A DNA stretch of 64,000 nt, from NCBI GenBank assembly GCA_037447605.1, contig CM074805.1, positions 1,893,361 to 1,957,360 of the forward strand. Direction: 5' to 3'. Positions 18,084 through 29,242 of this stretch are shown in pieces; position 1 is the first letter of the stretch, and the number at the start of each line of letters is the position of its first letter. The DNA is from Zygnema circumcarinatum SAG 698-1b (Eukaryota > Plantae > Zygnematophyceae). Below the pieces are notes generated by a model, which saw only the letters and a list, made by a program, of their open reading frames with translations, searched no databases and was not told where the DNA came from. A program made the position numbers and the translations under genes.

Positions 18084-19362
18084 TTGTGGGAGGTTCAGTG
18101 CAAAGGAAATCGAGAACCCTGGGTTAAATGCTTAGGCTACTACTGTAATGTGAGTCGCAATAGACGGCTAAGTAAGGAAGTATGCTTTGGAAAAGAGAAG
18201 GTCATTATTCAGTTTGTCTGTGCGAATGAAGGATCTCCCAAACTAGTTTGAATCGCCATTGATGCGTACAGAAAGAGAGCCTTGCAGTGGAGAATAAATA
18301 AAGGAAACCTTTTGTCGTACTAAGCTGCGCAACCACCTGTTGTAATCGTTACCTCTTTATTCACACCAGAATAAAGGCTCGTCTTCGTTGCTTTTGACAG
18401 GCCTAGTTTGCAGATAGAAGGTAGCCACTTCTGTGCCAGTCAACTAGGGCGTATCCATGGCGGCGAGGGGTCTTATCAAGTCGATGCGTGTCACATACCG
18501 GGTGAACGCTGGACATGGTCAGGGCAGATAGCTGCTCGTAAGGTCAACTTTATTCCTGTAAAATATTTTATGCATCAGCCAGTCAAAGGGCTTAAACTTT
18601 TCCCGTATCCCTCTCTCTGGTCGTTGTCGCCTTCCAACATGAAGCTGTGTGAGCTCTGTGTTCCAGTGGATGCCATGCCATGGTTTGATAGAAAGTTAGA
18701 AGCGAGGTATTGTCTGGCATGCCATGCTCGCTAATAAGAGTGAGCTATTAACATTTTGCCATACGGTGACATAAATCGCTGCGGATTGACAGTGTTTTCA
18801 TGCAGCTCAAAGTAATCATCTCCTGTGTGTAAGAAAGCACAATTAAGTAGCGTATTTTTTGAGTTTGACACCCACCTGACGTACAAATGGCAACAGAAAA
18901 AGGTGCAAAGGTGAAAAGGTGCTCCTAGGAACAACGTTTCACTTTCTCATTCTCTAACTGCAACTCATTTTCATCAATTCCAATTGCAAGCCTCACTCTC
19001 ATGCAAAAACCCTAAAACCTCTGACGTTTGCAAAGAGCGTTTGAAACAACAAAAAGCGGGATAAGGTCCAAAAACTTCGGGTTAAGCAAACAAGGATAAA
19101 AAAAAGTGCCCAAACAACAAGTACGCGCACACTTGGTTCTTATAAATACAAATCAATTTACACAACAAACGGAGATGCCGCAACAGAGCTCACAAGGGGT
19201 AACAAATTTAACTACACTGCAAACCCCCCGTTCTTACATACTTTACACGGATTTATCTCAAAATAGCAAACTAATACTTCACAATACAGGCGCTTATGCC
19301 TGGCTTACTGCTGTAAGCTGCCGAAACACACCACGAGGGAAAGCTTACGGAATCTACCAACA

Positions 19363-21022
19363 TCAAGCGAAGCTTATGTCCTTTTCGAGCAGGGTTTTCC
19401 TTGCATTCAGACTCTGAACAACGAGCTGCTTCGCAAATATGCCTACAACGCCATCAAAGTACTTAAAGATATTGAGGTTCGCAAAAAGCTGCTGCTCCCA
19501 GGTAGTTTCAGCCTCGGGAACTTCCGGAAATCCTGAAGAGTTGTAAAGATACTCAACAGAAGTGGCGCCGTCGACATCATACAACTTCCATGTCTCAGTT
19601 CCGGTGCCTTGAACAGTTTTCAGCTCACGGACAACGGTAGGAATACCACCTGTGGTGCTTCCTTCAGGGTCGTATTGGAGAAGTTTGATATACACGTAAC
19701 CCTCGACCTGCAGAAATGGCCAGCCTCAGATGAATGGCCAATAAATGGGTTCAAACTGTCCACTCGAGACAAAATGTCCTAAATGCTGACAAGGTTAGCT
19801 ACTTGGATTTCACAGGAAGGCATTTCATGCTCAACAACTTAATGACACCATTAGGCAGTGTTATGGACAACACTTCCATATGAACCTTCAGTGAAGGGGG
19901 AACACAAGCCACTGCTTCAAGACGGAACCCTCTATCTTGCCAGAACAATGAATGTGGCTGGACCAGAAGCATTAGCCAGAGTTTGCGATCAACCGTGCAG
20001 ACCACCGCGCGGATTGCTTGATTAGACACGCACCTGTAGTCCGCCTCTCATGCGATTGACAGCCTGAGGTTGCTATGGGACAAAGCAAAACATGCAAGTG
20101 GATGCCAGTTGGCTTTTCACCTTCCCTGTTTCAAAGGAGGAACTTGCCTTGATGTCTGTGATGATTGGATAGAGTGGCCGTACAATGCCCTTCAGCTGAT
20201 AAGTGACTCCGCAACTTGTAGGAGACAAGTCTTCTGTGAACAATTTCACTTCTGCGATAGTAGGATCCTGGGCTGGATAAGTTGAAAGATCGATTATGTT
20301 ATCCAGCACCTGTCCGAATACACCCAGCGAGGAGACATATAGCTGAAAAAAAGGCAAGTAGCTTCATCTGATGCAATCCTGCGATATCGATGGGCATGCC
20401 ACCATGGAGGCAATGGAGGCCATATAGATTTTTCGAGAAACAAGCGCTTCACAGTTTCTGAACGGGGAAAGGGCTGCGCTGCATTTAATGCTCTGCAACA
20501 GATTACAGATCTGCGTCCCACATTCTATGCAAGACTATCTACCCTCTTAGAGAGCTTTTTCGGTAAGTTTCATGTGTGGATTACTTGCTGGGAATGTTTG
20601 ATTTTCATACCGTCTTGACTGGACGATCAATACGAACAGAGTGCTGAACGATGAATGAATTAATCCTTAAGGGACGGCGTTCTCTGTTTACTTGAACTAC
20701 CTTGAATGCACCCTGCTTCAAATTTTCGGAACCTGCAGTGCGATTACCTCAGGATGAACAAAAAGCAGAATGTACACAGCAAATGTGGACATATATGTAT
20801 TTTTCAAAGAAATCAGCTGTGCGACCCATGGTCTCGGTCCAGCAACTGACCCGCGCCCTTGAAAGACGCCTCCAGACCATTCACGCGGATCCCAGCTCCG
20901 CCTCCTGCTGCCCTTCCAAAGCCAGCAGACCTCCGACACATGCTACGGCAACCGCTTCCTTTCCAGGCTCCAACCAGAGAGGCTGAGATGCTGCTCGCGC
21001 CAGCGCGCTCAATCGCCGCCAT
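19363..21022 (-). CDS. Plastid-targeted protein with a probable SRPBCC/START (polyketide-cyclase-like) fold
   Basis: Transit-peptide-like MAAIERAGASSISAS. In-phase exons give GSENLKQGAFK, GQVLDNIIDLSTYPAQDPTIAEVKL (resembles the SRPBCC 'VxDxxxYPxF' region) and GTETWKLYDVDGATSVEY, plus a C-terminal helix. The fold call is by eye. Confidence 0.6.
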
Positions 21023-21960
21023 GGCGGGCGCAGTGCAGGCCTCTCCGACCTTCTTTCTGGCGCCTTCCCGGGATGTACAGTAGACGAGAGGCCAGATCCC
21101 CTGCGGGGCAAGTAATCGGGTCCTGCCAATGGCGGGCCGCCACGTGGACTCGGTTACCAAGTGGCAATTCGCCTATGGGCCACGCTTTTTGACAGTAGAG
21201 ACTGGAATGAAAGGGGTCGTGAAGTCGAACTGCAGAGGGCACAAAGCCAACGGCTGAGCTTCCCTTTTTTTTTTTTTTTTTTTTTCTCCCCTAAAAAATG
21301 CAGGTGATGTTGCTCTATAAACTAAAAATAATTATAATATGAGCACACAAGTATTTGTAGCTATAGAGTTGGCACTACGCTCTCCTTCCACACGACTTTT
21401 TTCAGTGCTAAGTTCATGCTTCCTCATGGCCTGGGTGACAAGCAGCATGCTCAAAGCAGAGCCTGCTGCACGTGGTTCTGAGCTTACCCCTCCACGCCTG
21501 ATCCTTTTAATGAAAATTGGGGATGTAAAATCGATCTCACGATGACGATGCCATCCTTTTATTCGTTTTATGATTCTTCTGAAATTTCAAAAGTTTGACG
21601 TTGATGAATGCTTTGGCGGGCTTTCATTTCAAATTCATCCTTGTAAGTTCTGAAACCTCTCCCATCCTTTTTAAGTCATTGGCTTCTAATGAAGCCATGT
21701 CATAGCAGTAGCAGTACGATGCAGGGTCATACAGACGAAGACAGGACCTTCACTTTCAGCATTATTTGCAGTGCCAATACTACACAAAATGAACACGTGG
21801 GTCGTGATGTGAAATTGTGAAGTGGCCTAAACAACCAGAAGCACGATTTTCTCAGAACAATTCCTGGCGTCATGAACCAGCATGGGCAAACTCTGCCAAG
21901 GAAGCTGCCTTTAACTTTCCACCACGTATCCATACTGCCTCCCCCCTCGGAACCCTTTGT

Positions 21961-24802
21961 TTATGGATCCTCGGCATACGTATCCCATCGATCAGGTTGC
22001 CCTTCCTTAGGGACTACTGCACTGCCGTAGCTCCGTGAACCCCCACCACGAGGAGCCCTTTGCGAGTTCCATGCTCTGCTTTCTCTTCGCCCTTCACCTC
22101 CATTTGCATTCTCCGCAAATTGCCTACTAGACCTGCCCTCATCAGGCCCCGCCGACCTTGACCTGAACCTGCTATTGTTAAGCTCGCCAGATCTAGACCT
22201 GAACCTATCCTCACCAGACTCGGCAAATCTGAATCGGGGCCTGCCCTCATCTTGAACTCGTCTCGCACTATTCTCGTCGTCATCCCCTGCATCAAACTGC
22301 CTACGTGAGAAACTCCTAGGCTTCTCATCCTGCCTTTCGATGTTCCCCACGTAATTGTTGTTCCCCCATTCCCTTCTTCCAGCTCTCCCATCATCTCGTG
22401 CCGAGGGTCGTTTATAGGGAGACTCTTCCGATGGTCTACTCCTCTCCCGTCGTTCATCAAAGTCCTCCCCAAAATCCCTACGTTCCTTGCCAGCAATAGG
22501 TCTTTCCCCCCAAGCTGCTGTTGAACCGCCCCTTCCCCCCCGTCGGGCCCCACTCATCGGAGCTCGGTCCCATTCCGGCTCTGTTTGCCTTTCGTATCTG
22601 CGAGGACTCCCCCTCCTTTCGCCTTCCATGCCCTCTTGCCCACCTCTTCGTGCCCCACTCCACGACTGTCCCCTCTCTCTCTCCTCCCCATCCCTACCCC
22701 TGCCTCCGATAGACATCCCAGACCTCCTAGGCTCGTCCTCTCGGCGACTCTCCCTACGCTGAGAGCCCCATTCTGAGCGCTCTCTACTAAATGATCCCTG
22801 CGGCTGCCATTCACTTCTAGGGGGGCCTCGGCCTACCTCTCTGTTTCCACCCGGCCTTTCCACATTACACTGACGGCACTCTTGATTGCGAGCATAATTG
22901 TTGTAACCGCAGCTGTTACAGACAAGCACGCAAATCAGCGAGAAAAGAGCTACATCTTATACATCCAAGCTTACCTGCCATGTGTTTCAAACATAAATAA
23001 TTGATCTATAGGAGCAGAAAACCAATGCTAAACACAAAGTCCATTTAACCTGCAATACCCTCAGCTGTGCCGATCAGAGGCAATTTCGTTTGGCTGCAGA
23101 TGAATCATCTCAACTGACCTTGGACAGGGCCAATCTCCGGGCAATGGCTCATATGCGGAACGTAACCCCCGCGACTCCTCCCAGGAACGCCTCTGAAGGC
23201 CTCCAGACGGTTTTGCATCACGCCGCCATTCTGAGCCACCAGTGCTCGGCTTTTTGGGCACATAAACGGGCTCCTCTTTTCTGTAGCAGCACAAAAAGGA
23301 AATTTCCCCTCACAGCCTGCCCCCTGGAAATTTGCAGAAGGTCTAGGAGTTCTAGCCCATCGTCAACTGTGCCCTAAAACTCCCTTAGCTTTGCTCTCAC
23401 TGGCCCTTAAGGCTAAAAAATTGCCTACCCAGCAAAAGAGTAGAAGGTTTATAACAACAAAACGAGCTCTGGCCCATGCAGAACACCTCAATACCAACCC
23501 ACCGGCGGACATTGCAGAATTGCACACACATTCAGGCATGCGTGTTGACACTTATCACGAGTAATCATGCGGTAATGTTTCCCATTTCAACTACCACAGC
23601 ACCTTTGGCTTAAACCCATGACCGCGAATTCCCTGCTGTCTACTGCCATGTCTGTGAAAAGGGCCAGATGGCAAGTTCGCTGACCTGGGCAAACTGGGGT
23701 CCCGTGGAAACTCGCTGAGCTTGAGCAGAATGCTCAATAGCGCACGACAGGCGTCCTGTACTGCCGGGGCCACATCCAGAGCAGCAGCATTGCCTACTCG
23801 AGTGGCATATGAGAGGATAAGGCGAACAACCTCCGCTGTCCCCAGACTGGTGCCACTTGGTGGAGCAAATGCTCGCGAACAAGACTCACGCAAGCTGCAA
23901 GGGGTACAAACCTGCAAGCATGATTCTTATTTGTTGGTTCAGAATATGACCTAATTTTTAGCTTCGCTAAAAACTCTAGCTGAGGAGGCCAACGAAGTCC
24001 CGTTCCATTTGCTGAGATATCGAAAAAAAGAGAGGTATATGTTATACAATACTTACACTATCCTCCGTCAGCCCTACGTGCGCACGGAGCCTCTTGGCAC
24101 TGTTCACTAATTTTCGTTCGACATCGGGGCATCCAGCAGCAGCTATCACGCGAAGATGCTCCTCGGGCAACCTCCTGCATAACCTTATCCATTATCTGCC
24201 GTCAATCTTCCGGTGAGATAAGATGACACTTGGCAATACAGGCATAACGGATGAAGGAAAACGCACTCAAACATGTCATCTCGGTCGCGTCCAAAGTTCA
24301 TGACTGCATGCTTCATCTCCGAATAGTTCTCGAAAGGGCCCTCTCCTCCGCGAGCTCCCGGCTCGCTCCTCCGCCCCTCAGCATCCACCGTCTTCTGGTA
24401 TCCCTGCTCATGAAGTCGCAGCAAAAAAAATCCCCATTCCGGCCAGGGATGCGCCCTTTCACGTAAGAAACTTTTCCCTGATTGCACAAATTCGACATTC
24501 TCTGCCTCCTCTTCCTCCTCCTCCTCCAAAAAAATATCCTTATCTTCAAATCCTAACTGCGGTTCCCGCGCCGAGGCGATGCAACGCACTGCAATTAGCG
24601 ACGCGCAGTGGGGAGCAGAGGGGATGCGTATGGCGAGGGGCTGCGACGAGAAGAGGAAAGGGGGAGAGGGAGAGAGAAAAGCTCTCCCTAATGGCAATTC
24701 ACGAAGGGCCCTGCACAGAGGAGGGGGAGGCGCGCCCCGGAAGGAGGCTCCGGCTGCAGCCATGGCGGCAAGCATTCTGAGGGTTAAGGGGCGCAGCTGC
24801 AT
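21961..24802 (-). CDS. Organelle zinc finger (OZ1/VAR3-family) RanBP2-type RNA-binding protein
   Basis: HPWPEW, MKHAVMNFGRDRDDMFE, GCPDVERKLVNSAKRLRAHVG..VCTPCSLRESCSRAF (OZ-family conserved region), one spliced RanBP2 finger GDWPCPS|CGYNNYARNQECRQC, and a long R/G/E/S tail. N-terminus resembles a transit peptide. Confidence 0.88.
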
Positions 24803-25789
24803 CGCTCCGCCCACTCCTCGCCTTTCCCTTCTTCAGGAACTCCCCCATCAAGTTGCTGATCTTGAACGAGGCACTATGGGCACAGTTCCGTTCCACCAGG
24901 TATTTGGTCACAGTTTCACGCTACGCGCAACTTTGCACTCTGAAACTTGAAATTTTGACGGTATACGTACTTCTACATAGATCGCAACAAATTTCAACAC
25001 GAATTTCAGCATGGAACTTTGCCAACTATACGCGAATTTCGGAGCATAGATCGCCTGGATCTGGAACTGCTCGCGCGCAAGGAGCACATGCCAGGAGGGA
25101 GCGGGAGGTGGGCGGGCCTTAGTCACTAGCCACTAGTGGTTAGGCATTAGTCACTACTGTTTTGGGAAAGGAGGCGTGAATTGACACATTGACTGGCCGA
25201 TCCGCCCCGCAGCGATTTATTATCCCGTGAAGGCGTGGCTGCTCGCGATGCGGCCCTCCCTCCCCCTCTTCGCAAGGCGCGCGCATATGCCGGCCGTGAC
25301 TCAGCCGGCGAGTTGGTTCCGATGGCTGCCGAGACTTGTGGGTGCCACGATGCCCGTTTGTAGATTTCCGCTCATAGGCCTTTTACTTTTGTCCTTGGGT
25401 ACTTTGTGACCTTTCCTTTGGTTGCCCATGTCGTTGATGTTGGCCATGTACACTTGATGGCATCATCGCCATCGTGCGATCAATGCCACTTCCCTTGCCC
25501 ACATCCTCTCTCTCTCGCGAATTTCTACGAGTGTGCGTTCGATCACAGACATGTAGAGCCACAAGTGCCACACGTGTCAAGAAGGCTCCTGAATGGTCGT
25601 TCTGATGTCAGAGTGCAGTCCGGCAGTCCCCTTAGGTGCAGTCGGACAATCATCAACCTAGGCGTTTCGTACAAGTCTCGTGGTCTGCCCGCCCGCACGC
25701 ACCCGGGCGGCCTCGCTTGTCGTATGAGGGAGCAGTCGGCGCGCCGCACGCCACAGCGGATCTCCAAAGCAATCAAATCGTTCAGTTCG

Positions 25790-26420
25790 GTACTAGTGTA
25801 CAGCAACAATGTCCGGTACTGTACTGTACTTGTGTACGGTAATGATGTACGGTAATACAGTCAACCGTCCTCGTATTTACCGCCCTGAGGAGTGCGTCCC
25901 CAAGAATTTCGCCCCGATTTTGCCGAAACCACCTTTTTGTACGGTAACTTAGTGTTACCGTACTGTCCGTATTATCCGTGCTGTCCGTACTAGCCGTACT
26001 AGCTGCACTAGCCGTTACGGCCTTACGCAAAACTCACCTAATCTCCCCGCACGTGCCGCCGTAAGAGGCGCTCGCTCTTCTCCCCTTCTTCTTGGCTTCG
26101 ATACGATACGAAATGATACGGTACGATATGGTACGATACGAAACACCCCGATACGGTACTATCCATACTAGCCGTACGAGATGTAGTAGCCGATACAGCA
26201 CGATACGGTACGATATAGTACGGTACGATACGTACGGTCCAACATGAACTCTAACATAATACCGCCCGTCTATTGGTAACACGAATCTTATATCTTATAT
26301 ATGCAAAATCAATATTTTCGCCTCATATTGGCCAAAACCAGGGTGGAAAATATGAGGACCCCTGACTGTAGTGTACATCAATGATGTACTGTACGGTAAC
26401 AATGTACGGTATGCAATCAT
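25790..26420. repeat. GTAC/GATAC-rich degenerate tandem repeat region, probably a transposon relic
   Basis: Repeats of GATACG, GTACG, CCGTACTAG and TGTACGGTAA. Similar blocks TAGTGTACA(G/T)CAA at ~25794 and ~26369. Confidence 0.6.
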
Positions 26421-26888
26421 GTACCGTCGGTTGGTCGGTCGGTCGGTACCTTTCGCCGCATCTCTCGGCGGGCGGGCGGGGCATGGTTCGCATGGCATCG
26501 GGGGGCGGCGGATGCTTGTTCGCCGCAACAAAAGGATGGGACCATGAAAGGAGCGGGACGGGATGGGATGGGACTATGGCCAACATGCGGGCACGCTTGT
26601 TGTTGTTGTTGATGGTGTTGTTGGTGGTGGTGTTGGTGGTGGTGTTGGCATACGTGAGTGCAGTGTAGTCTTGAGGACGCAAATTCTTACCGTAATTATT
26701 TGCGCGGTAGCGCAGGCAGCCTGCTGAAAGGAAGCACTGGATGGCTCGTGCGCGTGTTGCCAGGCCATCAGCCTCCATCGCAGTCTACCGCTGGCCCGCC
26801 CCGCGGCCCGCGGCCGCCGCCCCGCCCCGGGCCGGCCTCGCCTCGCCTCGTCCAGAGGCTGAGTCCAGTCCCCGTCCCGCCCGCTAGG

Positions 26889-27979
26889 TAGGGCTGGAGG
26901 CACGGGGTGTGGGGGGCACGGGCATGCCCGGGGGGGGGGGGGCATGCCCGGGGGGGGGGGGNNNNNNNNNNGGGGGGGCATGCCCGGGGGGGGGGGCATG
27001 CCCGGGACATGAAAACTGTGGCTCGACTGTGCCCCCTACGTCAGCGTACGACATCGCGTCACGCCCGGGGCCGGGACGATGACGGCTGACGGCTGACATG
27101 GAACTCCGCAATGTCCGTACCATGCGCACTTTCCGTCTGCTAATTAGGGGGTCTCAGACTTAAACAAAACTTGGTAATCGTACAGCTTGGTAATTGGTAA
27201 TCGGGGATAGAGAAATTGGTAATAATGATTACTTTGCCGAACCTGTGCCGAACCAAATGCAAGTCAACGCTGGTAATCGTACAAGTCCGAAATTGGTCAT
27301 GGGCGCCCCAGGACTTGGTAATCGTACAGCCTATCACCAGAAACTTATCACCACCCAAAACGGTGGTTTTCGGTCTCCGCGAAAGGAAATGGTAATGAAA
27401 CGGGCGTCACCATGACGTCCACACCCCGGCCTGACATCCCCCTCCCCGCCCGCCGCCACAGGGGTCCGGGTTTGCAATTCAAAATTGCGGCATCTGACGT
27501 CAGGTATCGGCGATCTACCCGCGCCGTTCGCAGCCTTTTTTTAAGTTTGAGACCCCCCCGCGCGGGCGAAGTTGGTCATCGCGCCTTTGGAAATTGGTCA
27601 TACCGGCAAATGCGGAGTGGTGATAAAGTCACGTCGCGTCACGATCACGGTTACGTTCGGGGGGCGCGAGACTGGTGAAGTTGACTCGAAAACTTGGTAA
27701 TCGTACAGCTTGGTAATTGGTAATCGTTTTTTAAGTCTGAGACCCCCTATTCAGGGACAGCCTCGGCCAGTGCCGATTCTTTTGTCCATACTGTACTGTA
27801 ATTGTAATGGGGGGAAACTTTCACGTAATTGTAATTGGTCCGATTTGAACTGTTTCTATATGGTCACGTCACGAGGCACGAAAAAGGGGCACATGCCCCG
27901 GGGTACGTGCCCCTCCCTTCGGGAAGGGGGGCACGTGCCCCGGGACACGACTTGGGCCGTGACCGTGCCCCCAACCCTA
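26889..27979. mobile_element. hAT-like non-autonomous element with GGGCACG/GGGCATGCCC subterminal repeats
   Basis: Inverted ends TAGGGCTGGAGGCACGG (26889-26905) vs the reverse complement of 27963-27979, TAGGGTTGGGGGCACGG (15/17). A TAGGG start is typical of hAT. No 8-bp TSD is recoverable. Confidence 0.5.
27146..27748. mobile_element. ~600-bp MITE nested in the hAT-like element
   Basis: Perfect TIR AGGGGGTCTCAGACTTAA / TTAAGTCTGAGACCCCCT, flanked by ATT on both sides (or TA if the ends shift by one). Internal direct repeats TTGGTAATCGTACAGC(TTGGTAATTGGTAATCG) at ~27171, 27315 and 27694. Confidence 0.8.
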
Positions 27980-28147
27980 TATGCAGGAGGCGGCAGAGGA
28001 GGCGGTAGAGGAGGCGGCAGAGAGTCGATCGGGTGGATCGCCACTCGCTCGCCCTCTCGCCTGCAGCTGTCTGCTGCAGCCGCTGCCGCTGCTAAGGCGG
28101 CGCCTTTCTGGTGGATGGCTGCAGCGATTGTGCAGACCTGAGACATC

Positions 28148-29242
28148 ATGTTGCGGTTGCTGCCGCAGCTGGAAGGGGGAGATCTGAAGGTGCTCCCTGT
28201 GGTAGCAGGGTATGCGATCTGCTCTTCTCTGCTGTCTATTATTAACAAGTATGCCATCACTGTGTTCGGCTTCCCCTCTCTTCTCACTGCTTTGCAGTAC
28301 CTCACCTGTGTGGTCACTGTATTCCTGCTCGGCCGCCTGAAGCTCCTGGAGCATGAGCCTCTCCGATTTGGAACACTCTACAAGTTTCTCCCTGCAGCTG
28401 GTGTCTTCTACTTGGCCATCTTCACCAATACTTCCCTTCTCAAGTATGCAAATGTCGACACTTTCATTATGGTTCGATCTTCTACGCCCATATTGGTAGC
28501 ATTCGCTGACACCATTTTCAGGAAGCAGCCGCTCCCAAGCCGAGCGACCTTCCTTTCGCTGCTGACGATTTTGCTGGGTGCCATTGGCTACGTGGCGACG
28601 GACAATCAGTTCACGCTGCGAGCCTACTCCTGGGCCTTTGCATATCTCTTCACCATAACCCTGGAAATGGTATACATCAAGCACATCGTCACCAGTTTAG
28701 GGCTTAGCACCTGGGGCTTTGTGCTGTACAACAACTTCATTTCCCTGCTCATCGCTCCTCTATTCTGGCTAGCCAGCGGCGAGTACAAGCTAACCTGGGC
28801 GATTAACTATAATTCTTGGATGGAGCCAAACGTGCTGTTTCCCGTCCTCCTCTCCTGCGCCTTTGGTCTAGCAATCAGCTTTTTTGGCTTCGCATGCCGG
28901 CGGGCTGTTTCAGCCACCTCCTTTACAGTGATTGGAGTCACCAACAAGCTCCTCACGATCATCATCAATACCCTCATTTGGGAGAAGCATGCTTCATTGA
29001 CAGGAATGGGATGTCTTTTGCTGACAATCGTCGGTGGAGTGGCCTATCAGCAAGCAGCATCCAAGAAGCCGCCCAAGCCCAAGATTGTTTCACAGGACGA
29101 GGAAGGGGGGCTGAAGAAACTTGAATCGTCAGATTCAGACGGTACTCCCGATAACTTACCATCTCCAGGGCTCGCATTCTTGTCATTAAAAAAGCAAGAC
29201 AACCGTAAGAGTTCTGCCAACCCGGAGTCGGGTGGCCAGTAG
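28148..29242 (+). CDS. GONST4: Golgi nucleotide-sugar transporter, GDP-fucose transporter GONST4/GFT1-like; intronless, 364 aa
   Basis: GYAICSSLLSIINKYAIT, NVDTFIMVRSSTPILVAFAD, EMVYIKHIV...WGFVLYNN..LLIAPLFWLASGEY, SATSFTVIGVTNKLLT. About 10 transmembrane helices. Confidence 0.88.
   Translation: MLRLLPQLEGGDLKVLPVVAGYAICSSLLSIINKYAITVFGFPSLLTALQYLTCVVTVFLLGRLKLLEHEPLRFGTLYKFLPAAGVFYLAIFTNTSLLKYANVDTFIMVRSSTPILVAFADTIFRKQPLPSRATFLSLLTILLGAIGYVATDNQFTLRAYSWAFAYLFTITLEMVYIKHIVTSLGLSTWGFVLYNNFISLLIAPLFWLASGEYKLTWAINYNSWMEPNVLFPVLLSCAFGLAISFFGFACRRAVSATSFTVIGVTNKLLTIIINTLIWEKHASLTGMGCLLLTIVGGVAYQQAASKKPPKPKIVSQDEEGGLKKLESSDSDGTPDNLPSPGLAFLSLKKQDNRKSSANPESGGQ

Noticed and set aside
26576-26660. 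Signal-anchor-like exon MANMRARLLLLLMVLLVVVLVVVLAY followed by GTGAGT
   Set aside because: The hydrophobicity comes from a GTT/GGT microsatellite, and no in-frame downstream exon was found (splicing towards GONST4 hits stops).
25790-27750. Repeat arrays considered as CRISPR-like
   Set aside because: There is no constant repeat with unique equal-length spacers and no cas genes; the context is eukaryotic transposon sequence.
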